The notes beneath the pieces were generated by a model. It searched no databases. It saw only the letters and a list, made by a program, of their open reading frames with translations, and was not told the origin of the DNA. Positions 52,262-64,000 of a stretch of 64,000 bases of DNA are shown here, in pieces. Where the stretch lies: assembly GCA_965153285.1 (NCBI GenBank), contig OZ229118.1; one strand, given 5' to 3'. The translations under genes were made by a program, and so were the position numbers. Within the stretch, counting starts at the first letter, position 1; each line of letters opens with the position of its first letter. The DNA is from Podarcis tiliguerta. Taxonomy: Eukaryota.

Positions 52262-54042
52262 TGTTGCATTGTCAACCACAGAGAAGTTTATCAAAGTTAT
52301 CAACACTTATATATCAAGTAATCTTTTAACTACAAACGTTTAGACTGGAAACTGAAAGAAGCATACAAAAACATATGCAAAGTGGAATACATCCAAAAGC
52401 AAACTTTTTAGGTTTGTCAAGATGCAGCAGTAGCAATTCGACACCTATGCCGACTAAACAGTATGGAATATACATGTGCTTTTGCCCAGATTTATATCTG
52501 GTTGTTTTTCTTAATATGGTAGCTATTTAAAATGACTGGTTTCATACCAGTTGTTGGCAGCTAAAATCAAATATACACTACCATGCAAATGCAGATTTTC
52601 CCATTCTCATTTTTTTAAAAAATGGACATTCACTATGTATTGTGGCTGTCTGCTGACACCGAAGATACATTAGAATCATTCAAGATACTAAAGTGCATTC
52701 TCACTAAGGAAATAAGCATTCTCTTACACTTATGAATTGTGTTTTATTTTTAAACAAGGTTTCCATTTAAATTGTGATGCTTATCTTTTTCGCTTGAGCA
52801 ATAATGGAAACACTCCTCTTGTGCTCAGCCTTATTTGTGAGCCTGTGCCTCACATGGGACAATACACAGCATGCACCACACAGAACCAAAAAGACTTCTC
52901 CACCAGCAACCTTTATTCAGAGCAAGGCTGAGGATAATGGAGACCATATTTTCATCCATGTACAGGAGCATGTCTGAAGACCCTTGGAAAGCACTTCCCA
53001 TATTTAGAAAAAGACATCGATTTATTGCAGAGCACCCTTTTGCTATAACCAAATTGCAGCTCCAGAAATGGGGATTCATATACTAGATGCTTTTAACCTC
53101 CATTAAAAATTAAACTGATTCTCCCCTAGAGGATATCATGATATTCCAGCAGTAATATTTCATGTTTCCGACTATGAAATGATTTATTTTACTTCAGCAA
53201 ACAAATGTTAGGAATATGAATTATAACACTAACTCCTACTCTGAACACAACTTCATTTTCTCAAAAGCATGGGATACATTCTAAACAACAGACAGTTGTC
53301 CAAGGATGCAACGAAACTCCTGTTTTCTTAATATTTGTGGGAAACTTTTTCCATCCCTTTTAAGCTCCAACTGTTTTAGGTACTGGGAAACCTGCAAAAG
53401 CTTAGCACTTGGCACTCTATGAAATACTCTTAATAAAATTACCACTTTGTTAGGCTAAAAAGAAGTTTATGCCCATTAGAGGTATCTAGTGTAAACAATT
53501 GCATTTTGTAGGAGGTTTTGTGAAATTCAAAAACTTGCTCCACAAGTACCGGAGGAAACACACAATCTTGTAGAAAATTATGGTTGTGGGTTTTTTTTTA
53601 ATAACAGATCCTGCAGACTGTATTCTGCATTGCTCTTGGGAATACACTGTATCTCTGAAACATTTCATAGCATGCTCAAAATGTCTCTTTGATATAAGCA
53701 ATTACATGTTAACATCAGTACTATTTGCATCCAAAGCTGCAAAACGAACATGAAATACTGAGTGAAAGTAGAAAGGGGTCTTTTTTTTTCAAGGGAGGCA
53801 AAAAAAAACAGGCTAAAGTGCTGAGCTGAAGAGCCAGTTCAGTCGAAGGTAAATAGTCTGATCTTTCTTTGGTTTCCCATGCAGACTCCTAAAATAAAAG
53901 GATTTTGCATCTCATTGAGCCCTTTCATTATTTGCCTTTATTCAGCGTATAGCATGTTAAGCATCCAGGCACCACCAAAGGAGGGGGGGAATACAGAGAG
54001 ATACCGCAGCCATCTCTGATGATACAGATTTTTCTTTCCTCA

Positions 54043-54066
54043 ACACACACACACACACACACACAC
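54043..54066. repeat. (AC)n microsatellite; reads (UG)n in the pre-mRNA ~80 nt downstream of the beta donor
   Basis: Seen directly. Confidence 0.95.
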
Positions 54067-54146
54067 GCACATACAGACACAGGGACACAGACACATCTAT
54101 ATAGATACATATAGGAAGGGGGACACACACCATACCGGTTACTTAC

Positions 54147-54419
54147 TTTGTAAAAAATCATTTTTAAAGTGCCGTAGAACCCCATGTTTTCGGTATTTTT
54201 CCCCTTCAGCGGTTCCGTGCCCCCGTGTGTCCGGCTGCTTGGTAGCCTCTGACAATATAAACCTTTTTCAGGTAGATATGTCACAGACTCTAATGTGGAC
54301 ATGCTCGGGCACGTCGGAGAAGGAAGATCAGGCAGCAGAAGCAGCAGCAGCAGCAAGCAAACTCCACCGTGAATGCAAGGAACGAAGCTCGATATCAAAA
54401 ACCTCCTCCCGGCACACAT
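54147..54419 (-). CDS. FBXW7: FBXW7 beta-specific first coding exon (91 aa; hydrophobic N-terminus, then MSTLESVTYLPEKGLYCQRLPSSRTHGG...MIFYK)
   Basis: ATG at 54419 and donor AAA|GTAAGT at 54146. The C-terminal 52 aa match the known Fbw7-beta N-terminus. The exact start codon is less certain than the donor. Confidence 0.93.
54297..54316. promoter_or_regulatory. p53-like response element inside the beta exon (GGACATGCTC GGGCACGTCG)
   Basis: First half-site is a perfect RRRCWWGYYY; the second has 2 mismatches; no spacer. Fbw7-beta is an established p53-induced isoform in mammals. Confidence 0.6.
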
Positions 54420-54589
54420 ACATACGTACAGCTTGTCTGAGGAGAACTTAAGGGAATAATGAGTGAGGGGGGAAGATTATTGGAGGAGACTTTGCCCTGT
54501 CAAAGCCTTGACTGAACAGATTCCTCCCCGAGCGGCACAGAGATCAGATTACATCTTCCCTCACGCTGCGAATGGTGCAGTCCAAGCTT

Positions 54590-54720
54590 CAGCAATGCAG
54601 GCTGCACATCAATTATATGGTGCTCAGCTCCAAGGAGCCTGTGAGCACACAGCATGGGAAGGACTTCGGCAGGAAATTAAACCGTCCCCACGCCATCCTC
54701 ACATTGGCCACTGGGCTCAA
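54590..54720 (-). promoter_or_regulatory. Candidate FBXW7-beta core promoter
   Basis: On the minus strand: TATAAT at 54617-54612, GC-box-like TGGCGTGGGG at 54695-54686 and CCAAT at 54707-54703, upstream of the beta ATG. CpG density is locally raised. The TSS is inferred only. Confidence 0.5.
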
Positions 54721-55529
54721 AGGAAAGGCTGAATATCTTTAACTATCTTCTCAAACCTGGCTAATTTATCTCCCCCCATTTTAAACAAACAGGAGAGCAC
54801 TGGATAATTCACGATTACGAGCTGAAGCAAACAAGGCGATTTCCACTAATTACAGCTATACGGTGGCCCTCCGGCAAGCTGACTGGACCTTTATGCCATT
54901 GCACCTAATGGGTTCAAACACTGCTGCATAAAAATGCAGTTAATTTCAAATTAATTTGAGATAAGCATTTCCTTTGGCAAGCAGCCTACATTTCTCATTT
55001 GGGGGAGGGGAAATAGTAATGAATTTCATTGTTACGCTTAGCGCTCAATCCAATCATAATAAAATATGCAACTAGTTTGATTTAAATATTAATTCCTTCC
55101 TATTGTGGTTGGGTTTTTTTTAAGTTGTGCTTACAAAATTAACAGAACTGACAAGAAAACTCATGAGATCATCTTGTCCACCCCAAATGGAGGAAAGATT
55201 GGCACTCCTGTTCTCTTACTACTCTTCAGTTCCAACAAAAATCTGAAATAATTATTCAGTGACACTCCCCTCCCAACCACAGTTGACGCTACTGGAGAAT
55301 CACCCTCCAAAGTGCTATGTCTTAAATACTTAACTTAAATCTGTATTTCTGCTATTTAACTATACTATCTGTGGCCCTATTTTCAAACATGTTTGAAAGC
55401 TACTGTCATGACAGACCTTGAACATGCCTATTTCACAGAGCAGATTAATATGACCACTTGCACCATTAGGTGATCCCCCCTCCCCATAATCACTTCCTAG
55501 GGAGACCCCTACAGCCTTGCAAAAGGGTC

Positions 55530-55580
55530 CACATGCAATCAGCTATCACATGCAATCAGCTATCCACATGCAATCAGCTA
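55530..55580. repeat. Tandem repeat, 3 x 17 bp (CACATGCAATCAGCTAT)
   Basis: Copies start at 55530, 55547 and 55565. Confidence 0.95.
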
Positions 55581-56439
55581 GCTGAACCCTTTCACAAGAT
55601 CCAGATCCAGCTGAATCCCTCTATAGATTGTTGCAGGGGGCAGATTTGCATCACAGGGGGAGAAAAGCTACACCATGTTACAGTTCATATTCCAAATATA
55701 TGAACGTAAAACATCAGATGAAGCCTGTTCAGTCAAGTGGAGCTATCACGTGTCTTGAACATGATACTTCTGCTACCCTTAATACACTGCAGTACGACAT
55801 TTGCGTGGAAGTATGCTCGTATTTTCTCCAGATGGCATTTCTGCCATGAACACAGTGTTCCTTTCCCCCCTTCTATTATAATATGAACATTTTTTTAAAG
55901 CTTCCACTTTTTAAAACGTTCGTACTTTTTCCCTACAATCTGATGTGTCCCTGACTGAAGTCTGGTTTGGGTATTTATTTTTGGCCTCAAAACTGGCTCC
56001 GGATTTTTAGTTTTAAAATAAAATAAAATAGTGTCATGATATAGGTATGGTGCAGACATATGTAAATTGCATTTTCTCCACAAAAAGCAGAATACTTTCT
56101 GAATGTTTATGTTGTATGTTTATGACAAACCTTGTAATTTATATACGGGCACGCTATCTTAAAAAAGTATTTTTGGACCAGAAGGCACATTTAAGGAAGC
56201 ATGATGGGCACCAGTCACAAAATGGTTGCCATGGCATAACACAGCAAGCCTGCTGTGGGGGCATGGTGAAATTAGAGACAGTTTGGTCATTGATGCTTCC
56301 CACCCACCCAAGACGGCCAAAGGCTTACCATGGGAAGTCAGCTATGTCCTGAGTTCTCTCCCGCCTCCCACCTCTCTCCAACATCACAAACATTTTCTAA
56401 TAACAATGGAGTATTTCCCAACACCAGCAAAAATATACA

Positions 56440-56720
56440 CGGTGATCACACCACTCTTTCTCCTGCGCATGCACAGCACACATACAGGCCACATACACAC
56501 GTGCATCTCTCTCAACTCACTCATGCACACACATTCCTCATATACATCTCTCCCTCTCTCACACAGACCACAGATATGCACAGACCATATACACAACTCC
56601 ACCCCTACTCCTCCCGCTCACAGACCATACATGCATGTGCTCCTCCTCCTTCCCTCTCTCTTACACATGCCCACAAATCGCATGCACCTATCTACTAAGT
56701 GCATCTGTCTGTCTGTCTCT
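56440..56720. repeat. CA/CT-rich low-complexity tract
   Basis: Degenerate CACA/CTCT runs, with the motif CACAGACCATA repeated. Confidence 0.7.
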
Positions 56721-56845
56721 CAAATACATGGGTGTCTGCCAGAATTTCCCCTCTAACTTCCTCACAAGAAATGAGAAGAATGGTGTCTGCATGTTTTGCT
56801 TCAAGTTCTAAAACATGTCAGGTTCCAAAATGCTAAAAGCTTAAA

Positions 56846-56878
56846 AAAAGAAAAGAAAAGAAAAGAAAAGAAAAGAAA
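56846..56878. repeat. (AAAAG)n microsatellite
   Basis: Seen directly. Confidence 0.95.
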
Positions 56879-59094
56879 GCTGGGTATTATGGTTCTTCTT
56901 AGGCCTATTACTGGTTAACAAGTTAGGACTGTTGGCTATTTTCCTGGTTTGTGAACTAATATGATGCTACAGTTCCCCAATTTGGACATAACAGGAAACT
57001 TAGGACCACCCAGGATCTTTCTGTCAAAGCTGGCACACAATGGATGAGTGCTCAGCCCTCGATATTACATCTTATCTGAATATGCTATTAAAGAGTTCCT
57101 GTGCCCAATTTTCTTCTGTGACAAATTTTCAAAAAACGGTCATTATTCAGAGAAAGGTTAAGGAAATATCTGGTACTCAAAGAGCATTAGTAAAGTTAAG
57201 CTTCTACTACAGTGGGTATAAAAGCATAAATCCCAGGGTATGATCTGAGGGTACATGAGGGACACCAATTGGCTGAAGCTAAAGCAAGTCTGGGATAAGT
57301 CAGTCCCTGGATGGATGACCATCTGGAAACCACATGTACACAATCTTGGTTCCAATATGGAAGAAAGACAAGGATATAAAATAAATAAATACAGTAAGTA
57401 AAAGAGGAAGACATTATCCCCATTTTACAGAGGGAACTGATGTGTTTGCATTACATGACTGTCAAAATGCCTGTCTTGTCACAAACGAAAAAAAGTAAAT
57501 CAAGCATGAACAGGAATCCGGTGTTTGTGTGTAAGAGAACCAAAATACGGAGAAGACAGTGTGTATGTTAGAGAAGACAGTAAGCTCCCCCAAGCTGCAG
57601 TCTAAGTAACTGCAGATTATTTATGCCTATACAATTATTTCCCTACTTGCCTTACAAAAACAACTTATTAAACTTTTAGCGGGCAAGTTTGCTAGCAAGT
57701 TATAAATTAAAAACCAAAATTACTAGGTTTTATGCTTTAAGTTTTCTTAGTCAAGTTAAGTAACAACTGAATTCCTGAAATCTGTACTGTTCATCATTAG
57801 CAAAACAGGTTATTTTAAAGGGGATAATAAGAGCCTATATAATGTACGCCATTTCTTCATCACCATTCTTGATGAAATGGAGACTCTATAGAACATACAT
57901 GCAGCCCTGTGAATTTGTTATAGATACTCATTTCTTAAAGTCTTTTGGGGGGGGGGGGGAGAGAAAGGACCCAGTTGTGGTTAATGGATATGCCTGCTGT
58001 CAAAATTCAGATGCTAAATATCAGTTCTCAAAATGAACCGTGAAAAGTGTATAAAACTGTTAACTCACTATACGATTGTGGTAAAAAGAAAAAGAAAAAA
58101 AGGAAGGCTAGAGAATAGCAGAAATCTAAATTCTGGTTTCCCTGAGATCTTCCATTAATATCTGGAACATCAGGAGCAGCATTCTGTTACAGAATAAGGT
58201 TCTTGCATACCAATCCTAAAATTAGTAGCAGCAAAACTCTAAGCAAATATGATGCAATGATATAGGTTGTGATGCTGAACCGCTGTAGTAGCTGTGGGCC
58301 CTTTACTAATCACTTCTTCGCTAATAAAATTTTCTACAGCTCAGTATGGTATATTTTTCTCTGGTTCTTCATTACACAATATCTAGTCATCTTCTAACCA
58401 CATAACAGCTACAATTTCACAATGATATTTCTACTTCTCTATTAAGTTTCATTCCTTACACATTTCACAGCAGAGAGCATGCGAAAACTGAACTTCTGTC
58501 CAGCTCTTTTCCTTCTTATCCTGTCTTTCTTATAACCCATCTTGTATGAAGGGAAAAGGTAACACATTAACAGCTTAACTTACATTATTTAATATCTATG
58601 GGAAAAGGAGAATCAGATATAGAAAATAATTTTTCACCTAAACTACCAGGGTCAAGCTCAGCCACGGACACTACTGCATTACTATAAAATAATGAATATA
58701 TAAAAGAATTAGGATGTGTAACACTTACTTCAACTATCCCTATATGTTTAGGAATAAATATACAAATCCTAGTTGCATGATCAGTTAAAACACTTTACTT
58801 GGCCAGGAAGAATACCAAATACCTTAAATTTCACTATTTTCATTTTTATATTAGGTGATAGTCAACTCTTACTTACTCAGGTTGCCGAAGTCCATTTATT
58901 TCAAGAGATTTACTTTGAGCAAAACTCTGTAGAATACCCAAGGGCTTGCAACCTTGTAAACGTCAGGAAAGATTCCAGAAAAAAAACTCCCAAGTATTCT
59001 TGTACCAAAACAGAATAGCAGATTATTATGGCAAAAACTTTTGTAGATTCCTATTCCCCAGATGCAGCAAGTGTAAGCCTGTATTGATATTTAT

Positions 59095-59290
59095 TACTTT
59101 TTTATATCAGAGAGAGTTCAAGGCAGTCTACAAACACCTTGCCATTTTATCTCCATTTTATCTTCAGAACAAGTCTGTGGGGTAGGTTAGGCTGTAAGAG
59201 AGAGGCTGGGCCAAGCTTATCAGTGAGCTTCAGAGCTGAGATAGGACTTGAACCTGGTCTCCCCAATCCTAGTCTAACCACTGCATGACA
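59095..59290 (-). mobile_element. Old CORE-type SINE
   Basis: CCATTTTATCTTCAGAACAA...GTGGGGTAGGTTAGGCTG...GGACTTGAACCTGGTCTCCC...TAACCACT. Confidence 0.65.
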
Positions 59291-59750
59291 CAAGTGCAGC
59301 CCTCTTCAGGACTCCTGAAACCTATATATGAAATGCTGCAAGCACAACCACTTCCCTCTTTGGTGGATCATGCACTTCTCCCCACGATCAAGACCCCCCC
59401 ATGCAACCAGAGGACCAACTGTCAGAAGGACTGTCAGCAGATTTATCCTAACATGGTTACAATCCCCTTACAGACTTTTCTGCTCAACACAGGAAGGTCA
59501 GGGAGAAGGACAAGGAGCAGTCCTACACTCCCTTTAGTTTCCTCAGTAAAACCAGTGTGTGTGATGGGGGGTGGGGAGAGAGAGAGACAGAGAATGAATG
59601 ACTGAATATATGCAAACACTAGGAGCCAAATAACTAGAAATACAAGGGGTTAGTGGTGACCATTCTATGTAAAACTTAAAATGTCTACAAGGTAAGCATT
59701 GTGGTCATTCACAGCAGCAATGATTGCAGCTAGCACAATAATCCAACACA

Positions 59751-59871
59751 GTTTCAGTGGGTCGAATATGAGATTCTTAATCTCAGGATCACGGGTTCAA
59801 GCCCCACATGGGCAAGGCAAAAGATTCCTGCATTGCAGAGGGTTGGGCTATATGCCCTTCATGGTCCCTTC
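59751..59871 (+). mobile_element. tRNA-Lys/CR1-tail SINE
   Basis: ATGAGATTCTTAATCTCAGG...GGGTTCAAGCCCCAC...AGATTCCTGCATTGCAG...GGTCCCTTC. Confidence 0.78.
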
Positions 59872-62800
59872 GTTCTCCAGGCCTTTGTAAAGTAATATAA
59901 ATTTTTTCACCAATGCCAAGAGAATAGTATCATACACTACTAAAAAGCACAATTATCACTGATAATCCCTACAGGCGTAGAATATTCAGTACCAAAGGGT
60001 AGGAGAAAATGACTACATCTTTACACAAAACAAAGAAGACTAAAGTGCTACTCTCTTTCTGCTGATGGTACTTTGATTATGTAAGTGGGATCAGACGACC
60101 CGGTGACAACTGGGAATACCACTTGGTCAAAACACACAGCAGTGAAGCTCAAGAGAGCACTTTGCATTTCAGACTCCCTTAATATTACACTGTGGGTTGC
60201 CAGTGGAAGGAGGAAAAAGTCACAAATACTCAATTTCGAAGCTTTGCCCTGAAAATCCGTAGCGGTCTGAACCAATTACAAATATTCCATGCTTTAGGAA
60301 AACAGGCCAATTCCCCGATTTACACAAACAGGCTATTTGTACTTGAATGCAGATGACTCCCTTTTTACTTAAAAAAACAAACAAACATTTTCTTCCCCTG
60401 AAATAAGTTGTAGATATTTGTTCCATACTGAAACAGGTAGTCTAGTTTAGCTGTTTCCCTGCCTGCCCGCCTGCCCCATTTAATGATGAGCCCACTACAG
60501 TAATTTCCCTGCTTAAGGGGAAAAGAACAAGTCCGTTCTAGAAGGGAACATGCTTGCACACTGGAGTGGTACAACAGGGAACTGCTCAGTTTCTCAATAA
60601 TTCATTGAAAAGGTTACCAGATGTGCATGCCTGCACTGAGGGAGGGAGCAACTGCGTCACTCATCACGAGAACTGGAATTGTCAGAGACACTATCCGGTA
60701 AGGGACACATATTCCATGCAGCATTCATTATAGTAACGGATGTGGTAGTACAGAGTAGTACTGTATTTCCCAAGCAACATCACTGCTGTTTGCAGGAAAA
60801 CGCTCCTGTCAGGTCATCAGTGTAACAGGCACTCCCGAGTTATGCTAGGTCCACACCATTAAAAAGGTTTATGGGCAAACACCATCACTTTTAATTGGGG
60901 CTGGAAGCTACTGGGAAGCAGCTTGCAGATACTTGAGTGAACAAGCTCCTACTTCCCCCATTTTCATCAGGTGTTGTGGAGACAATGCTTTATTTATTTA
61001 TTTTTATTTCCACGGCGGCCCCATGATAGACTACATTGCTGAAATTAACTGGAAAAGTTACCTCAGAATAAATGGTGCTTGTCAGAGACTTGCACTCTGG
61101 TAAACAAAACAGTTGATGGATAAAGTAGAACGAAGCTGGCAGAAAACAACTTCTGGCTAAAGCTGCTGCACAAGATTATAAACAGTGGATCCAGGATTAT
61201 TCCCAAACTGCAAATTCCCAAATCTGCTAGGGTTGTGGAAGCGCTATAAACTAACATTCAACTTTATAACAACTTTTTTCCCATTCTGTCTTGATTCACA
61301 CTTGATCTCATTCTGAAGCACCTGCACTGCATTGAGCTCTTGGAGAAATTGCAGGACAACAATTCGTAAGTCAGTAGGGAGGCAAGCAATTTCGGGAACT
61401 TATATTCAGGTGGTATACATAAATCAAAAAAGCTCGTCCCATGTGGTTGAGAGGCCAGACGCCGGGTTTATAGTTGCATATGTAGAAAAGGCTTTTCAGT
61501 ATACGTCACATATAATGTCTAAATGGGGGGGGGGGAGATTCTCCATGTTTTAAAACTCTAGTAATGAGTTTCCTTAACTTTGATGAATGCTTTGCTAACT
61601 CCAATGAGAGATCACAAAGAATGCCTGGAGGAAGACTGCTGAGATTATGTGAAGGCGCCAAATTGTGAGCATATCATTCTAAATAAGGTCAAGCTTCCTA
61701 CCACCCTGGCCCCGCAACACACGCATTGTTGAGGAAAATAGTATTATACTATTATAGCACTCAAAGTCTGCTGCAGTGATCGAGAGCTTCACAGATTCAT
61801 CTTCCACCAACTGAAGAGTACCAAATGGGTTTGTAGGAGCCGTGCTCCAAAGTGCATGTTTGGAAGTGTGTGCTTCCAAACTAACTAGAGTTTTCCATTA
61901 TGTCCAAACTGTGGAGAGCTCTAAGAATCACGATTCAATCCTCTCCTCTTTGAACTAACCACTGGACCTCCCCAGTGTTAGGTTATAATGGGAAACTATG
62001 ATTACTTTAAAAGAGGAAGCAGGGATGGAGAGGGGAAGGAGACAAGTCTGAGGCTCATTCTTACAACACTAAACCACAGCTTTTGTGCTCTATCTAAAGC
62101 AGCCCATGTGGGGAGGTAATCTAACTATCGTATTTGTGAAGCAGTTACTCTGGTGTTCAAAATGCCTTGGGAATAAAGTAAAATTTTTAATATTCCTCCT
62201 TCCCCTGCAATTGTAACTTATAAAGCTTGACATAATGAATCAATACCAAAAGAAGAAGAAAATAAAGGTCTGGGAAAGACAGTTTCCTCTAAATATATTT
62301 CTTTCCATAATTGCTTTAAATGGGAACTGGATCATCTTTCTACACAGTTGCACTACAAAATCTGCATCTGTGTGCTGAAAATACAAGCCAATAATGAAAT
62401 GCAGGACTAAGCACCAAGTATATGATAATGTCTTATTACTACACAGTGTAAAAATTAAAGTTCTTGGTTACGTGGGCATTTTAATATATGCAATTATAAT
62501 GCCTTGGAAGTATTCCATAAAATATGGTGCCCAGCTCTTCCCAACTCTATGCTGAAGTTGTGAACATCTACCTACCAGCAACGTACCTAGCTGAGATATG
62601 TCTAATTATAGTATTTCCTTTTGTACTCAGAAAATACATGCAGACAAGAATGGAGACAATTCTCTTCACTGTCACACCCATCGTCTGTCTTGAATTATTG
62701 CCATGACAACTTTCTTCTGTCTGCAAAAATTAAGACGCAACCTACCCTGAAGTTTTGTATCTTGTCCAACCAATTGGAGACATCACCAAATCTGTACACA

Positions 62801-63739
62801 TCAGAAAGGAATTTCTAGAATGCTGGAGGTCACATTAAGTTCTTTCAAGTTTCCCTAACCCATTGTCATTCAGTGTCTGCTATATAATTTTGTATGGACA
62901 GAGGCTACAATTGGAGTTATCAAGCAAGCAAATTTGTTCAAACCAAATGAAAAGCATTTCTATAGCATGAGTCCCTAAGGTTCAAAGCCAATTTTCTTTT
63001 CTTTTTTTCATGTGGACAGGATTGCCTATTATTAGGGATATTTCAGTCCTCCATGCGTGTACAAATTAATGACATTCTGCTTTGCATTTGACAGAAACTG
63101 AGATTTAAAACTAGTCTACTGCTTTCTTCTTACAATAAGTTAATGAAATGGAAGGATAACAACAAGATTAACTAAGGGTAATGACTTGGAATGAGTGAAG
63201 AAAAGTATCTGCCTCGTCACTTTTCTGCTTCTGTAATAAAGACACTTCGGTAACAATGTATTCTTTTCTCTAAATGAAAGCAAACATCAACTAAATAAAG
63301 GTTAGCTTCCCATAAACAAGAACACTACATATTATTTAACCAACTTATCAATACCTTTGTTTGGTTGTCTGATGAAAGCTACAGAACTCATGTCTTATTG
63401 ATTGTGGGACAAAAAGTAATTCAAATTATTTGAAAACCCATGTTCTTTTTTTGCTCAGTGACACAATACAGCAAATTACAGACTACAACATATTTTGGTT
63501 GCTTCCTGGTTTACAGTTCTATTTTTGCACAACCAGAAATATGTGGCCCAACAAATCTACAAAGCCTTTGTATGAGCCAAATTTTACTTATGCACATATT
63601 TTTGGACTGAATGGCCCAATGCATAATGACACTACAGAGAAATATTCACTGCTTCAGAAGCCTGGGAGTCTCTTTAGTGGTTTAACATGATACAAACAGT
63701 TCCTCTGATGGCATAAATAAGATTTTGCTTTCTGGTGCT

Positions 63740-63925
63740 CAACTCCCCACTCAGCCATGAAGATTGCTGGGTGATCATGGGAAAGTCACCGTCTTCATCC
63801 TCAACTACCTTGCAGGGCTGTTGTGAGAATAAATGGAGAGGGGAAGAGATCCATGTACATAATCTTGAGTTTCTTGGAGGGAAGGTGGGATATAAATGTA
63901 ACAGTAATGATAATACTGTAATAAT
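63740..63925 (+). mobile_element. Old CORE-type SINE
   Basis: CTCAGCCATGAAG...GGGTGA...CAGGGCTGTTGTGAGAATAAA...GGTGGGATATAAATGTAA. Confidence 0.65.
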
Positions 63926-64000
63926 AGGAGCTTCTCACTCTCAACTCAAGGGCTGAAATCGAATACTTCCCTTAACCTTTTTTGCTTTGTCTCGTAGCTT

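Larger units (their letters stand above)
16835..54590 (-). other. FBXW7: FBXW7 gene, beta-isoform transcription unit (11 coding exons, 631 aa). Transcript ends are approximate.
   Basis: Exon lengths 273+83+142+135+124+137+114+182+226+211+269 = 1896 nt, phases consistent, all introns GT-AG. The common-exon translation is nearly identical to vertebrate FBXW7 as I recall it. Confidence 0.98.

Noticed and set aside
56226-56756. 176-aa His/Thr-rich ORF, the longest in the track
   Set aside because: Produced by CA/CT low-complexity sequence, has a non-ATG start and shows no domain.
54720-64000. FBXW7 gamma or alpha first exons
   Set aside because: No MSKPGKPTLNHG-like or MNQELLSVGSKRRR-like sequence was found. 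In mammals these exons lie tens of kb upstream of beta, so probably outside this window.

Overview
Vertebrate genomic DNA. The repeat content (Sauria SINE, Bov-B 3' end, CR1-tailed tRNA SINEs, L2, mariner and hAT MITEs) indicates a squamate, probably a lacertid lizard (inference). The window holds the 3' part of FBXW7, the SCF substrate receptor (F-box plus WD40 propeller), on the minus strand. The beta-isoform first coding exon (54147-54419) and all 10 common exons were traced by hand with GT-AG boundaries. They join into a 1896-nt CDS (631 aa), followed by a ~1.6-kb 3' UTR dense in miRNA seed matches and ending near AATAAA at 16861-16856. The alpha and gamma first exons were not found and should lie beyond position 64000. 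Positions 1-16800 are downstream intergenic DNA. Nearly all other ORFs in the track are spurious. I found no convincing novel multi-gene system. The best second-look candidates are regulatory. In the beta exon, these are two weak-context AUGs, an overlapping uORF and an internal AUG inside a p53-like element, plus a possible intronic poly(A) site just downstream. In the 3' UTR, a miR-25/92 8-mer overlaps the poly(A) hexamer. Among the repeats, two SINE types with different tRNA heads share one CR1-type tail.
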